Positions 29,807-38,514 of a stretch of DNA of 64,000 nucleotides are shown in pieces. Source of the DNA: a virus. The notes under the pieces were generated by a model. The model worked only from the letters and a program-made list of their open reading frames with translations. It made no database searches and had not been told where the DNA came from. The stretch lies in IMG/VR virus record IMGVR_UViG_3300010354_015978, positions 32,001 to 96,000 of that record; one strand, written 5' to 3'. Within the stretch, counting starts at the first letter, position 1. Every line of letters starts with the position of its first letter. The translations under genes and the position numbers were made by a program.

Positions 29807-29950
29807 AAAAAAGAAATAGTAGGGGTTGAAGAAATCTGGTTCGTCTCTGGCACCTCGAGTATGCCTTGACCCTTGATACTCCCATCGCTGTGCGACAAAC
29901 CTTACACCAGAAGGTAGGGCGGGAAATTCTATTTATAACTGACAATAAAA

Positions 29951-30027
29951 TGGTGCCCCAGAGGAGACTCGAACTCCTAAAATTTGGCTTCTAAGACCAA
30001 CACGTATACCAATTCCGTCACCGGGGC
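29951..30027 (-). tRNA. tRNA-Leu(TAG) with short variable loop
   Basis: Loop CTTAGAA, Leu-type D-loop, only 77 nt. Confidence 0.88.
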
Positions 30028-30037
30028 GATATCAAAA

Positions 30038-30112
30038 TGGTGGAGGATGAGAGAATCGAACTCTCAACTCTGCGATGCAAACGCAGCGTGTTCCCATTAG
30101 CACTAATCCCCC
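30038..30112 (-). tRNA. tRNA-Ala(TGC)
   Basis: Loop TTTGCAT, G3:U70. Confidence 0.93.
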
Positions 30113-30116
30113 AAAC

Positions 30117-30193
30117 TGGCGACCCGTACCGGACTTGAACCGGTGGCCTCATGCGTGACAGGCATGCGATCTAACCAACTGATCTAACGGGCC
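30117..30193 (-). tRNA. tRNA-Asp(GTC)
   Basis: Loop CTGTCAC, G73. Confidence 0.95.
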
Positions 30194-30207
30194 AAATAAA
30201 TATCTAC

Positions 30208-30384
30208 ATGGAAGTCGCAAAACTGCTGCCTGAGTACGTGCCTTTGATTGATACGCAGACGGCACGGGCAACCAATACCGCTGTCAGCACAGCCGCTAGT
30301 CTACTGGTCATGACGCCGCAAGAAATACAACAAAATCTCGAGCGTTGGCGCGAGCACAATGAACGCATCCATGTAGTGGTGTAA
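30208..30384 (+). CDS. Small hypothetical protein (58 aa)
   Basis: ORF MEVAKLLPEY preceded by TAAATA. Confidence 0.5.
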   Translation: MEVAKLLPEYVPLIDTQTARATNTAVSTAASLLVMTPQEIQQNLERWREHNERIHVVV

Positions 30385-30606
30385 GGCGTGGGCTATCGTT
30401 CGCGTATTGGCCGCTACTAGATTGTTGTCAGCCATACCCCCACGCAGCATGGCCTAGTCCGTTACACCTCATGTACAGTCGCGTGATACCCGAACGGACA
30501 ATCTCTCTCACGCCTGCGATGTTGCGTCATGCCCGCTGTAAAAAAATAAGGCGGGGAGCCTCCGGTGATAGCCCTCCCATAACATCGTAAGGTAGGAAGG
30601 CATTGT

Positions 30607-30681
<75 letters not shown>

Positions 30682-30686
30682 AAATG

Positions 30687-30761
30687 TGGTGAACCCAAGG
30701 GAATTCGAATCCCTATTCTCACCGTGAAAGGGTGATGTCCTAACCGTTAGACGATGGGTCC
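30687..30761 (-). tRNA. tRNA-Glu(TTC)
   Basis: Loop CTTTCAC, CCA. Confidence 0.95.
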
Positions 30762-30953
30762 ATGATTGAATTTGCTGACGGCCCAGCGCCACATCCATCG
30801 CTGGCATTTGACCTGTAAAACAAGACCGGTCAGGTGTGTGGTACGCAGTGCCAGCAGATACTTGGGAGCCTCTCTCACGTTCAGACCTCGCTGTACCCTC
30901 TCTCGCCATGTGCCCATGGCGGATTTCTCTGCATCTGCACCGTCAACAAAACT

Positions 30954-31039
30954 TGGTGGGAAAGGAAGGATTCGAACCTACTCAGCCTATGGCGCCAGAT
31001 TTACAGTCTGGTGTGACTCTCCAACTTCACCGCTTGCCC
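30954..31039 (-). tRNA. tRNA-Tyr(GTA)
   Basis: Loop CTGTAAA, variable arm, CCA. Confidence 0.93.
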
Positions 31040-31044
31040 TTAAT

Positions 31045-31140
31045 TACTATATTGAAGCACTCTCTGTTATTTTTCGCAGAACTCACCTAAGAGTCGCCAT
31101 CCAAACACTGTAATACAGTTGAGAGTGCTTCAATATAGTA
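31045..31140. repeat. 20-bp perfect inverted repeat hairpin
   Basis: TACTATATTGAAGCACTCTC ... GAGAGTGCTTCAATATAGTA; related stem at 31566-31635. Confidence 0.85.
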
Positions 31141-31480
31141 AGGTGCTTCCCCCTGCTGGCGGTAATTATAGCGCATCAAGCATTGGGCTCTTCCTTACGG
31201 GTCCCAATACCATCACACACGCCTTCCACCCGCTTCCCAACACAGGGAGATTCTCGCATTGCCAGCGCCCTTCTCTGCCTAAGGGTAAGGTCCTGTGAGT
31301 CATGGTCTCACTTCTCATCGTGCGGACGCACACTATCCGATTATGAGTCGGAACGTTGGGATCACCGTTATGGACAGCAATCTCCCTGCTGCCGTTTGCG
31401 CTCTAGGACTTGTCCGGAATTTCGTCTCTTCGAGCACACTGGGCTGGTTATGGTGGTCACAGCCATTTTCCGGTGAATAC

Positions 31481-31556
<76 letters not shown>

Positions 31557-31822
31557 ATGAATTTCCATATTGAAGCACACTCACGGCTCTAAACCGCTGA
31601 ACAATACTGTGCTGATAGAATGCGCTTCAATATGGCACCACAAAACACATGATACAGGATCACGATTTTGTGGTCAACCATATGGCAGGGTCATGCCCTG
31701 CCCAGGAGTCTTACCAGCCGCGTTGCCGCCACGGCCTTCATGTATCCTGTCCGCCCGTTCGACCCATTTGTTGTACGCCGGTCCCACCCTCGTTGCGGTA
31801 TGGCGTATTAGTAAGTCTGTCT

Positions 31823-31851
31823 AGTATACACGACCACTGGGTCAGCGTCAA
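31823..31851 (-). promoter_or_regulatory. Sigma70 promoter internal to the tRNA island leader
   Basis: TTGACG-N17-TATACT. Confidence 0.8.
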
Positions 31852-31869
31852 CTAGTTTCTTACCATGCT

Positions 31870-31903
31870 AAACGAAAAACCCTGAGTCTTTCGATCTCAG
31901 GGT
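31870..31903 (-). terminator. Intrinsic terminator / attenuator hairpin
   Basis: ACCCTGAG-atcGAAAga-CTCAGGGT followed by TTTTCGTTT. Confidence 0.85.
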
Positions 31904-31934
31904 CCGGTGTAGTCTTGGTGCTTTGGCACTGTGT

Positions 31935-32060
31935 CTACCTGGACCCTCTCCGATCGCTGTTTTCAATCGATACAGTGAGGCCCTTGCCTGTGGCAAACCA
32001 ATAGGTTTGCATCACCGGGGTCTGGTGTATCGTTGATGATTTCAAACAGGAATTCTTCAT
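31935..32060 (-). CDS. Putative attenuator leader peptide containing all 20 amino acids (41 aa)
   Basis: MKNSCLKSSTIHQTPVMQTYWFATGKGLTVSIENSDRRGSR; lies between a promoter and a terminator; stop is inside an antiterminator arm. Confidence 0.7.
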   Translation of the reverse strand: MKNSCLKSSTIHQTPVMQTYWFATGKGLTVSIENSDRRGSR

Positions 32061-32070
32061 CACAGGTCCT

Positions 32071-32099
32071 AGTATATGCTCTTATATATGCCTTGTCAA
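32071..32099 (-). promoter_or_regulatory. Sigma70 promoter of the leader peptide
   Basis: TTGACA-N17-TATACT, 10 nt before the ATG. Confidence 0.85.
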
Positions 32100-32153
32100 G
32101 AACAATCTGGCAAAATAGGCGTTGTTTTTACGCAACAGCCTTTTCCAGCAAGA

Positions 32154-32534
32154 TCACGCTGGGGGAGTTGGCCAAATCACATCGGCAGCATTGGCGTAGT
32201 TCTGGGGCAAGTCGCGCAGCAGTTGACGATACGCTGCCCACTCAGCTCGCATGGTCTCGGCGCGATCCATGAGTTGTGTGTGATCGCACTCACGCAGCAA
32301 TCGATTGCGTTGGGCACGTACCAGTTCCCATGTGGCAGGTGCACTCACTGGCGCCTTGTCCACCAGTGTAAGTTCTCCGTGTACCACGAGAATTTCTTTG
32401 CCGTTGCTGTTGATCTCACGTATCAGTCTGGCATGGTCAACAGCATTGACCTCAATCATGTCATCGGGCAGAGAAGGATACCGGAATCTGCTGTCGTAAA
32501 AACGTCGAGTGCTGGGACTGTAAAGTATGGCCAT
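32154..32534 (-). CDS. Tail fibre assembly chaperone
   Basis: VRAQRNRLL..CD.TQL.D...WAAYRQ.LRDLP...IWPTPP motif; follows the fibre gene. Confidence 0.88.
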   Translation of the reverse strand: MAILYSPSTRRFYDSRFRYPSLPDDMIEVNAVDHARLIREINSNGKEILVVHGELTLVDKAPVSAPATWELVRAQRNRLLRECDHTQLMDRAETMRAEWAAYRQLLRDLPQNYANAADVIWPTPPA

Positions 32535-32535
32535 G

Positions 32536-35500
32536 TCAGTATCCTACCGCGATATAAAACAGTTGTGTGGGCACCGTGGCCTGACTCTGAGATCTTTGCG
32601 ACCACCAGGTAAAGGTGGCAGTGTCCAAAGCATAAACCATGGGCCAGTAGTCGTAATTGGAACCAAAAGCATTGTAGGTCATTGATATGCTCATGCAGGC
32701 TGTGGGAAATGCCACAGGGAAAGCCGCAGTGGGCAACTGACCTTCTGTCCAGTTGGCAAACCCACGGTCGATGCGACCCCACTGCACGATGATGCTGCGC
32801 CCGGTAACAGGATCAGCATCAAACACCATCCATCCAGTGAGTGTGTCGATGGATATGTTTTGAGACACTTGGGTGCCTGGAGTACCAGCAGGCCCTTGTG
32901 GACCAGTTGCGCCGTTGGTGCCATTGTTGCCCGGAGGCCCTTGTACGCCTTGGACACCTTGTGGACCTTGTGGACCCTGTGGGCCCGGTACACCGGCCAA
33001 GTTCACGGTCCAGGATGTAAATGATCCAGACCCCTGGGTGCTGGTTACATTGATGATCATCTGACCGCTGCCGCTGTTGTAGGTTTGGATGGTGCCTACC
33101 ATGTAGCGATTTGCATCGTAGGCCACGATCACAGTCTGTCCAGGTGAGTAGGCCAGTGCAGTGGCAGCAAACAGACTCTGGATGCCAGTGGTGATGCTCA
33201 GCGCTGTGGTACTGGTGGTGCTGTAGCGATCGCCAGGCAAACCTTGTGGACCTTGGGGACCCGTGATTGATGCACCAGCCGGGCCTGGAGGACCCGCAGG
33301 GCCCGCAGCACCAGCCGGGCCAGCGGGACCTTGTGGTCCCTGTGGACCAGGGGCGCCTTGTGCGCCAGTGGCACCAGGGGGGCCAGCGGGACCGGGAACA
33401 CCAGCAAGGTTTAGGCTCCAGGTATTGAAGGTGCCCGAGCCTTGTGTGGCAGTGACATTGATGGTGATGCTGCCAGTGTTGGTATTGTAGGTTTGCACCG
33501 TACCCACCATGTATCGCGTGGCATCTGCGGCCACGATAACAGTCTGACCCGGCGTGTAGGCCAGGCCTTGCCCTGGCAGGAAGGTTTTGAGTCCAGTGCC
33601 AATAGTGGTGCTGGAGCCTTCTGAGAACGTTTTGGAATATCTATCGCCCGCGGGACCTGGAAGTCCTTGTGCGCCGGCAGGACCGGCAGGACCGGCAGGA
33701 CCAGCAGCACCTTGTGGACCTGGTGTTCCGGCCGGGCCCGGAGGACCAGCCGGTCCGGTAGAACCAGCAGGACCCGTGATACCTTGTGGTCCAGGAGGAC
33801 CAGCAGGACCGGCAGGACCCTGTGGACCCGTGGCACCCTGTGGACCCGTGGCACCTGTGGCTCCGGCAGGGCCGGCAGGGCCAGTAGCACCGGCAGGACC
33901 TTGCGGACCCTGTGGGCCCGGAGCACCTGTGGCGCCTGCAAGGTTCACAGTCCAAGAGGTGTAGGTACCAGAACCGGTCTGCGATGTTACTACAAAAATC
34001 AGTTGTCCGTTGTTGACGTTGTAAGACGACACAGTGCCCTGCATGAAGTTGCCGCCATTGGCTGCAACCAGGATACTCTGTCCAGCACTATAGGCCAAGC
34101 CTGCCTGCACTGTAATGGTGTAGGTTCCGGATCCTATAGAGAAGGTATTGCTGCTGGTGGTGCTGTATCGATCACCCTGTGGTCCCTGTGGGCCCTGTGG
34201 TCCTTGGGCTCCGGCGGGACCTTGAGGACCTTGAGCTCCAGTGGGACCAGTTGGACCAATTGGGCCTTGCGGACCCACAGGACCTGTCGGACCTGCGGGA
34301 CCTTGGGCGCCTACTGCACCTGCCAGGCTGATGGCCCATTGTGCGTAACTGCCACCGCCCTGGATCGAGGTCACGTTGACAATACAGGCACCTGTGGTGG
34401 CATTGTAACTCTGTATCACGCCGTTCATGAGATTTTCAGAGTTGACTGACACGATCACGCTCTGGCCAGGTTGATAGGCCAGGCTGGGACCAATATTGAA
34501 ATTCTTCACGCCCACGCTGAGTGGTGTCAGTGTAGAAGTGAAACTTGAACTGTAGCGATCACCGGGCGCACCAGCAGGACCTGCAGGGCCAGTTGCACCT
34601 GCAGCACCGGCAGGACCAGCGGGACCTTGTGGTCCTTGCGGTCCCGGCAATCCTGTTGTGGGGCCAGGTGGTCCGCGTTCACCCTGTGGTCCCTGTGGAC
34701 CTGTGGCACCTTGCTGTCCAGGTTGTCCTTGTGGACCAGTGGCACCTTGTGGACCTTGCGCACCCGCAGTGCCCTGTGGACCCACGAGACCACTGAGGTT
34801 GATCACCCAGTCGGCATAGGTTCCCGATCCTACTACACTCAGCACGTTGACCAAGAGCTGACCGCTGTTGCGATTGTAGGATATCACACGTCCTTCCATG
34901 TAGGTAGACGCGGTGTTGGTCATGATTATGGGCTGCGCCGGTGTCAGCGCCAAGCCAGTGTCCGTGGTAAAGAAAACTTCGCCCAGGCGCATGGTCACGG
35001 CGGTGGTGCTGAGACCAAAGTATCTGTCGCCGCGCTGGCCGTCGGCTCCCGCGGGTCCTTGTGGACCAATGGGTCCTTGTGGTCCCGGCGGGCCCTGTTG
35101 GATGGTCGCGCTGATAGTGGCCAAGACACCGTTGCGCTCCACGGTGATAAAGTCACCGCCCTGGATGTCTACGATGCCGGTGTTTTCAATAAAGGTCTGA
35201 CCAAGATAGGTGGTGGCATTGATGCCAGTACCACCGGTCACTGTGAGCACACCGGTGTTGTTGACCGTGATGTTGCCCTGTGTCTGTATGGGACCGCCCT
35301 GCACTGATATGCCAGGACCTGCAGTGATACCAATCTCGCTCACACCCGACGTGGGCACCACGATGTCGCTGGTGCCATCAAACAGGATACCGTTGATGAG
35401 CCGGCCCGGCGATAGTTTGCTGGCGCTGCTGGCCAGGCCCTTGAATTCTATCGTGGGCAGCAAATTGATGCCCACCACCAGGGTCTCAAAGCCCGCAGGA

Positions 35501-36183
35501 CGATCTGCTGGCAGTATGGTAAAGGCATCTTTGCTGATGATGGCCAGAGCCGTGCCATCCACATAGGCCACAATCACAGCATGTTCGTCAAAGTTAGTGT
35601 CGCGCATCATCTCGCTGCTCCAGCGAGTGATGGCAAAGTTGGAAACGTTTTCGGGACCCACGAAATACCAGGCATTGTCGCGATATACGAACAGTTGATC
35701 GCTGGTATTGTCAAAGTACATCTGTCCCTGCAGGGCGTTGTCAGGCGGGGTAGCAGTGACCTGTATGAGATTGACCGGAGCCCATCCGCCCACGATGGTG
35801 TCATTACGTATGGTCAGGAACTGTGTGGCGGGATTGTACCAAAGGTCGCCGTTGTTGAGGCTGGTAGTGGGCTCGTCAACATCAAAGTACACAGTGTAGA
35901 TGGGCTTCCAAGATCCCTGCTCGGGCAGTATGGTGGGATCACCCTGCCAGGCATACATCTTGTCGTTGGACGTGTTCCACCACAACTGTCCCTCGATGGG
36001 GTTGGGCGGTGGGCTGTCATCAGCGAAATTCTCCAACTGATGCACTAGATTCTCTACTTCGTATTCGCCGTAGGGAGTGACGTTGCGTCCCACCAGTGTT
36101 TGACTGGTAGCGGTTGTATTGATAGTGCCGTCTTCTACGACTGCAATCACCTGTCCACGACTGTTGTTTACGATATACGCCAT
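32536..36183 (-). CDS. Collagen-repeat tail fibre protein
   Basis: Gly-X-Y tracts alternating with five GDRY-domain repeats; C-terminal IVQWG...FP.AFP.AC...YIAVGY tip domain. Confidence 0.88.
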   Translation of the reverse strand: MAYIVNNSRGQVIAVVEDGTINTTATSQTLVGRNVTPYGEYEVENLVHQLENFADDSPPPNPIEGQLWWNTSNDKMYAWQGDPTILPEQGSWKPIYTVYFDVDEPTTSLNNGDLWYNPATQFLTIRNDTIVGGWAPVNLIQVTATPPDNALQGQMYFDNTSDQLFVYRDNAWYFVGPENVSNFAITRWSSEMMRDTNFDEHAVIVAYVDGTALAIISKDAFTILPADRPAGFETLVVGINLLPTIEFKGLASSASKLSPGRLINGILFDGTSDIVVPTSGVSEIGITAGPGISVQGGPIQTQGNITVNNTGVLTVTGGTGINATTYLGQTFIENTGIVDIQGGDFITVERNGVLATISATIQQGPPGPQGPIGPQGPAGADGQRGDRYFGLSTTAVTMRLGEVFFTTDTGLALTPAQPIIMTNTASTYMEGRVISYNRNSGQLLVNVLSVVGSGTYADWVINLSGLVGPQGTAGAQGPQGATGPQGQPGQQGATGPQGPQGERGPPGPTTGLPGPQGPQGPAGPAGAAGATGPAGPAGAPGDRYSSSFTSTLTPLSVGVKNFNIGPSLAYQPGQSVIVSVNSENLMNGVIQSYNATTGACIVNVTSIQGGGSYAQWAISLAGAVGAQGPAGPTGPVGPQGPIGPTGPTGAQGPQGPAGAQGPQGPQGPQGDRYSTTSSNTFSIGSGTYTITVQAGLAYSAGQSILVAANGGNFMQGTVSSYNVNNGQLIFVVTSQTGSGTYTSWTVNLAGATGAPGPQGPQGPAGATGPAGPAGATGATGPQGATGPQGPAGPAGPPGPQGITGPAGSTGPAGPPGPAGTPGPQGAAGPAGPAGPAGAQGLPGPAGDRYSKTFSEGSSTTIGTGLKTFLPGQGLAYTPGQTVIVAADATRYMVGTVQTYNTNTGSITINVTATQGSGTFNTWSLNLAGVPGPAGPPGATGAQGAPGPQGPQGPAGPAGAAGPAGPPGPAGASITGPQGPQGLPGDRYSTTSTTALSITTGIQSLFAATALAYSPGQTVIVAYDANRYMVGTIQTYNSGSGQMIINVTSTQGSGSFTSWTVNLAGVPGPQGPQGPQGVQGVQGPPGNNGTNGATGPQGPAGTPGTQVSQNISIDTLTGWMVFDADPVTGRSIIVQWGRIDRGFANWTEGQLPTAAFPVAFPTACMSISMTYNAFGSNYDYWPMVYALDTATFTWWSQRSQSQATVPTQLFYIAVGY

Positions 36184-36249
36184 GTTGTTCTCTCGGTACT
36201 ACCTATTTATCCAATAAAGCGCCTACAAGTTGCGCCCAGAAATCTCCGG

Positions 36250-37122
36250 CTATTTTGTGGCTGCCGAGATGCTTTCGTAGGATTTTTTCAGTTTACTGTC
36301 AAAATACTGTCTGGCATTGACAGCGGGGTATTTGTTTATGCCCACTAGACTATCTATCATGATTTCCGCACGGGGATGGATAAAATACGGAAAACTCAGG
36401 CGTGATCTATCCAGGGCCGCGTTGGTCACTCGATGGCGTGTGCTGACATAGACATCGTTGGTCCAGCGTTGCAGTAGATCGCCCACGTTGACCAGGCACG
36501 CACCGGGCATGTAGGGCGCTGTGATCCAGTTGCCCTGCCGGGTCTTGACTTCTAGTCCCGGCACATCGTTCTGCCACAACAGGGTCAACGTGCCGATGTC
36601 GGTGTGTTCACCGCCGCGTGTCTGTCCTGGCAATACAGCGTCCTGCCAGCGGGGATAGTGTATCCAGCGAAGGGTGCTGGTAGTGCTGTTGGTGTGCTGG
36701 CTGATCAAGAAACCCAGGGGTAGATCCAGGGCTTCTTCCAGCAGGGACAGCATGATGATCATGCTGTCCCGGCAACTTTGCGTCCAAGCATAGGCTGCTT
36801 GTTGATGATAGGCAGTGGGCCAAATCTTGTCATGCGGCCTACCAGGTCCCCAGGTCATGGCCTCGTGTAGATCAAACGGAGTGCCAGGGCGGAAACTTTC
36901 CAGGAATCTCTCAAACCCTGTGTTGGTGTGGAGATCATAGGGTGCTGCCTGCGTGAGCAGGGATTCGGGCAGCGCGAACAGGGATTCAGCAGCGGCCAGG
37001 GCGCGTTCAAAAGGTCCACCACTGGTGGGCAGGCCCTTGACATAGGCAAACCCAACAGTGGTGAAGGCTTGGTGTAGAGCTCGGGCGCAGCCTGGCTGAT
37101 CGATATCTACACAGGGTATCAT
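36250..37122 (-). CDS. 2OG-Fe(II) oxygenase (IPNS-like)
   Basis: HTDIGTLTLL, NVGDLLQRWTN...STRHRV, RLS. Confidence 0.92.
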   Translation of the reverse strand: MIPCVDIDQPGCARALHQAFTTVGFAYVKGLPTSGGPFERALAAAESLFALPESLLTQAAPYDLHTNTGFERFLESFRPGTPFDLHEAMTWGPGRPHDKIWPTAYHQQAAYAWTQSCRDSMIIMLSLLEEALDLPLGFLISQHTNSTTSTLRWIHYPRWQDAVLPGQTRGGEHTDIGTLTLLWQNDVPGLEVKTRQGNWITAPYMPGACLVNVGDLLQRWTNDVYVSTRHRVTNAALDRSRLSFPYFIHPRAEIMIDSLVGINKYPAVNARQYFDSKLKKSYESISAATK

Positions 37123-37631
37123 GCTCTGGTCATGACTTTACACAGAGCGGCAATCACTGCCGCTGTGCGACCAATATCTCGTAGTTGTTCCACCGACACG
37201 CCCTCTTTGCGCAGCACGTCATAGTGGTTCTTCACGCAGAAATGACACTTGCCCACGATACTGGCAGCCAAGGCATAGGTCTCGAACTTGGTCTTGGTGG
37301 TACCGCCATGCGTGGCGTAGGCGTTCATGCGCAACTGCGCAGGCAGGCCCCGGAGAGCAGGATCTTCGGTCATCTCAACATAGGGATACCAAACATTGTT
37401 CATGGCCATGAGACTGGCCGCGGTCAGGGCCGCAGTGCGATCTTCCTCCAGCATGGTGGGTTTGATGCGTTCTACTATTTCTGCGTTGCCGGCAGCAAAG
37501 GCCGCGGCCAAACACACGCCCTTGACAGTGACTTCATCCAGGGTACTGCGGTTGACCACAGCATCAAGGTTGAGCCTGATGTCTTTGGCATAGTCAGGGA
37601 TCCAGTCTTTGATTTCGTCGGTCCAGCTCAT
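37119..37631 (-). CDS. ahpD: Alkyl hydroperoxide reductase AhpD
   Basis: PDYAKDIRLNL, MAMNNVWYP, CHFCVKNH (CxxC). Confidence 0.92.
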   Translation of the reverse strand: MSWTDEIKDWIPDYAKDIRLNLDAVVNRSTLDEVTVKGVCLAAAFAAGNAEIVERIKPTMLEEDRTAALTAASLMAMNNVWYPYVEMTEDPALRGLPAQLRMNAYATHGGTTKTKFETYALAASIVGKCHFCVKNHYDVLRKEGVSVEQLRDIGRTAAVIAALCKVMTRA

Positions 37632-37738
37632 TTCTTTTTCCTATATAGATGTTCGGCCAGCATCACGGCGATGACCACCGTGATGCTGACCACAACAAGT
37701 TTGAACAGCCATGCATCTACGAGGCTGTTGATCAACAT
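37628..37738 (-). CDS. Small membrane peptide (36 aa)
   Basis: MLINSLVDAWLFKLVVVSITVVIAVML..., overlaps both neighbours. Confidence 0.55.
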   Translation of the reverse strand: MLINSLVDAWLFKLVVVSITVVIAVMLAEHLYRKKK

Positions 37739-38271
37739 TACAGTGTCTCGCCGCCGATGGCGCGATTGCAGGGGCAGAGTTCGCCGGTCTGCAAGGCGTC
37801 CAATACGCGCAGGGTCTCTTCGGGGCTGCGGCCCACGTTGAGGTTGTTGACCGTGACATGCTGTATCACGTTATCGGGATCCACGATGAACGTGGCGCGC
37901 AGGGCAGCACCAGCAGGTGCGTAGAACACGCCCAACTGATCGATGAGACTGCGCTCGTCGCGAGCAGTATCAGCAAACTGTACATGCGTGATCTTGGCAA
38001 GATCGGGGTGGGCTTTCTGCCAGGCCAACTTGCAGAACTCGTTGTCGGTGCTGCCGGTCAGCAACACAGCATCGCGATCCGCGAAATCTTTGGTCAGGCG
38101 GTCATAGGCCACGATCTCGGTGGGACACACAAAGGTAAAGTCCTTGGGATAGTAAACGATGACTTTCCATTTGCCGGCAAAAGATTCTTCAGTGATGGTG
38201 AAGAAATCATCCCGGCCCGGGTTCACGCCAGTGATGGCAAACTTTTCAATTCGGTCTCCGACTGTTTTCAT
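37738..38271 (-). CDS. ahpC: Peroxiredoxin AhpC
   Basis: YPKDFTFVCPTEI, GRSPEETLR, GELCPC. Confidence 0.95.
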   Translation of the reverse strand: MKTVGDRIEKFAITGVNPGRDDFFTITEESFAGKWKVIVYYPKDFTFVCPTEIVAYDRLTKDFADRDAVLLTGSTDNEFCKLAWQKAHPDLAKITHVQFADTARDERSLIDQLGVFYAPAGAALRATFIVDPDNVIQHVTVNNLNVGRSPEETLRVLDALQTGELCPCNRAIGGETL

Positions 38272-38352
38272 TTGATTCTCCTTGATGATAAACTAGACAC
38301 ATTATATAGCCTGCAGATGCCTATAGATCCGCGTTTTTTCATAGGTTTTTCC

Positions 38353-38389
38353 ATGGTTTGTTTCTATGGAGTCCATAGGCTGCACCTAT
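38353..38389. promoter_or_regulatory. OxyR-type binding site
   Basis: ATGG-N7-CTAT-N7-ATAG-N7-CTAT, one mismatch to ATAG-N7-CTAT-N7-ATAG-N7-CTAT, upstream of ahpC. Confidence 0.75.
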
Positions 38390-38408
38390 GACCAGTCTGG
38401 CTAAATAT

Positions 38409-38510
38409 CTCCGGGGAGTAGCCAGCCCAAGGGTGGGCTTCCAGGATCGTCAGCACGGCGCGCAGCGTCCGGTCCTGGGACGAAGAGGCAAGACCATTAC
38501 TTGGGAGATC
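38409..38510 (+). promoter_or_regulatory. yybP-ykoY (Mn2+) riboswitch
   Basis: GGGGAGTAGCC ... CGTCAGCAC ... GGCAAGACC directly upstream of a TerC gene. Confidence 0.85.
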
Positions 38511-38514
38511 CTGT

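Noticed and set aside
32880-35100. Short GC-rich tandem repeats resembling a repeat array
   Set aside because: They are Gly-X-Y collagen codons of the tail fibre, not CRISPR or non-coding repeats.
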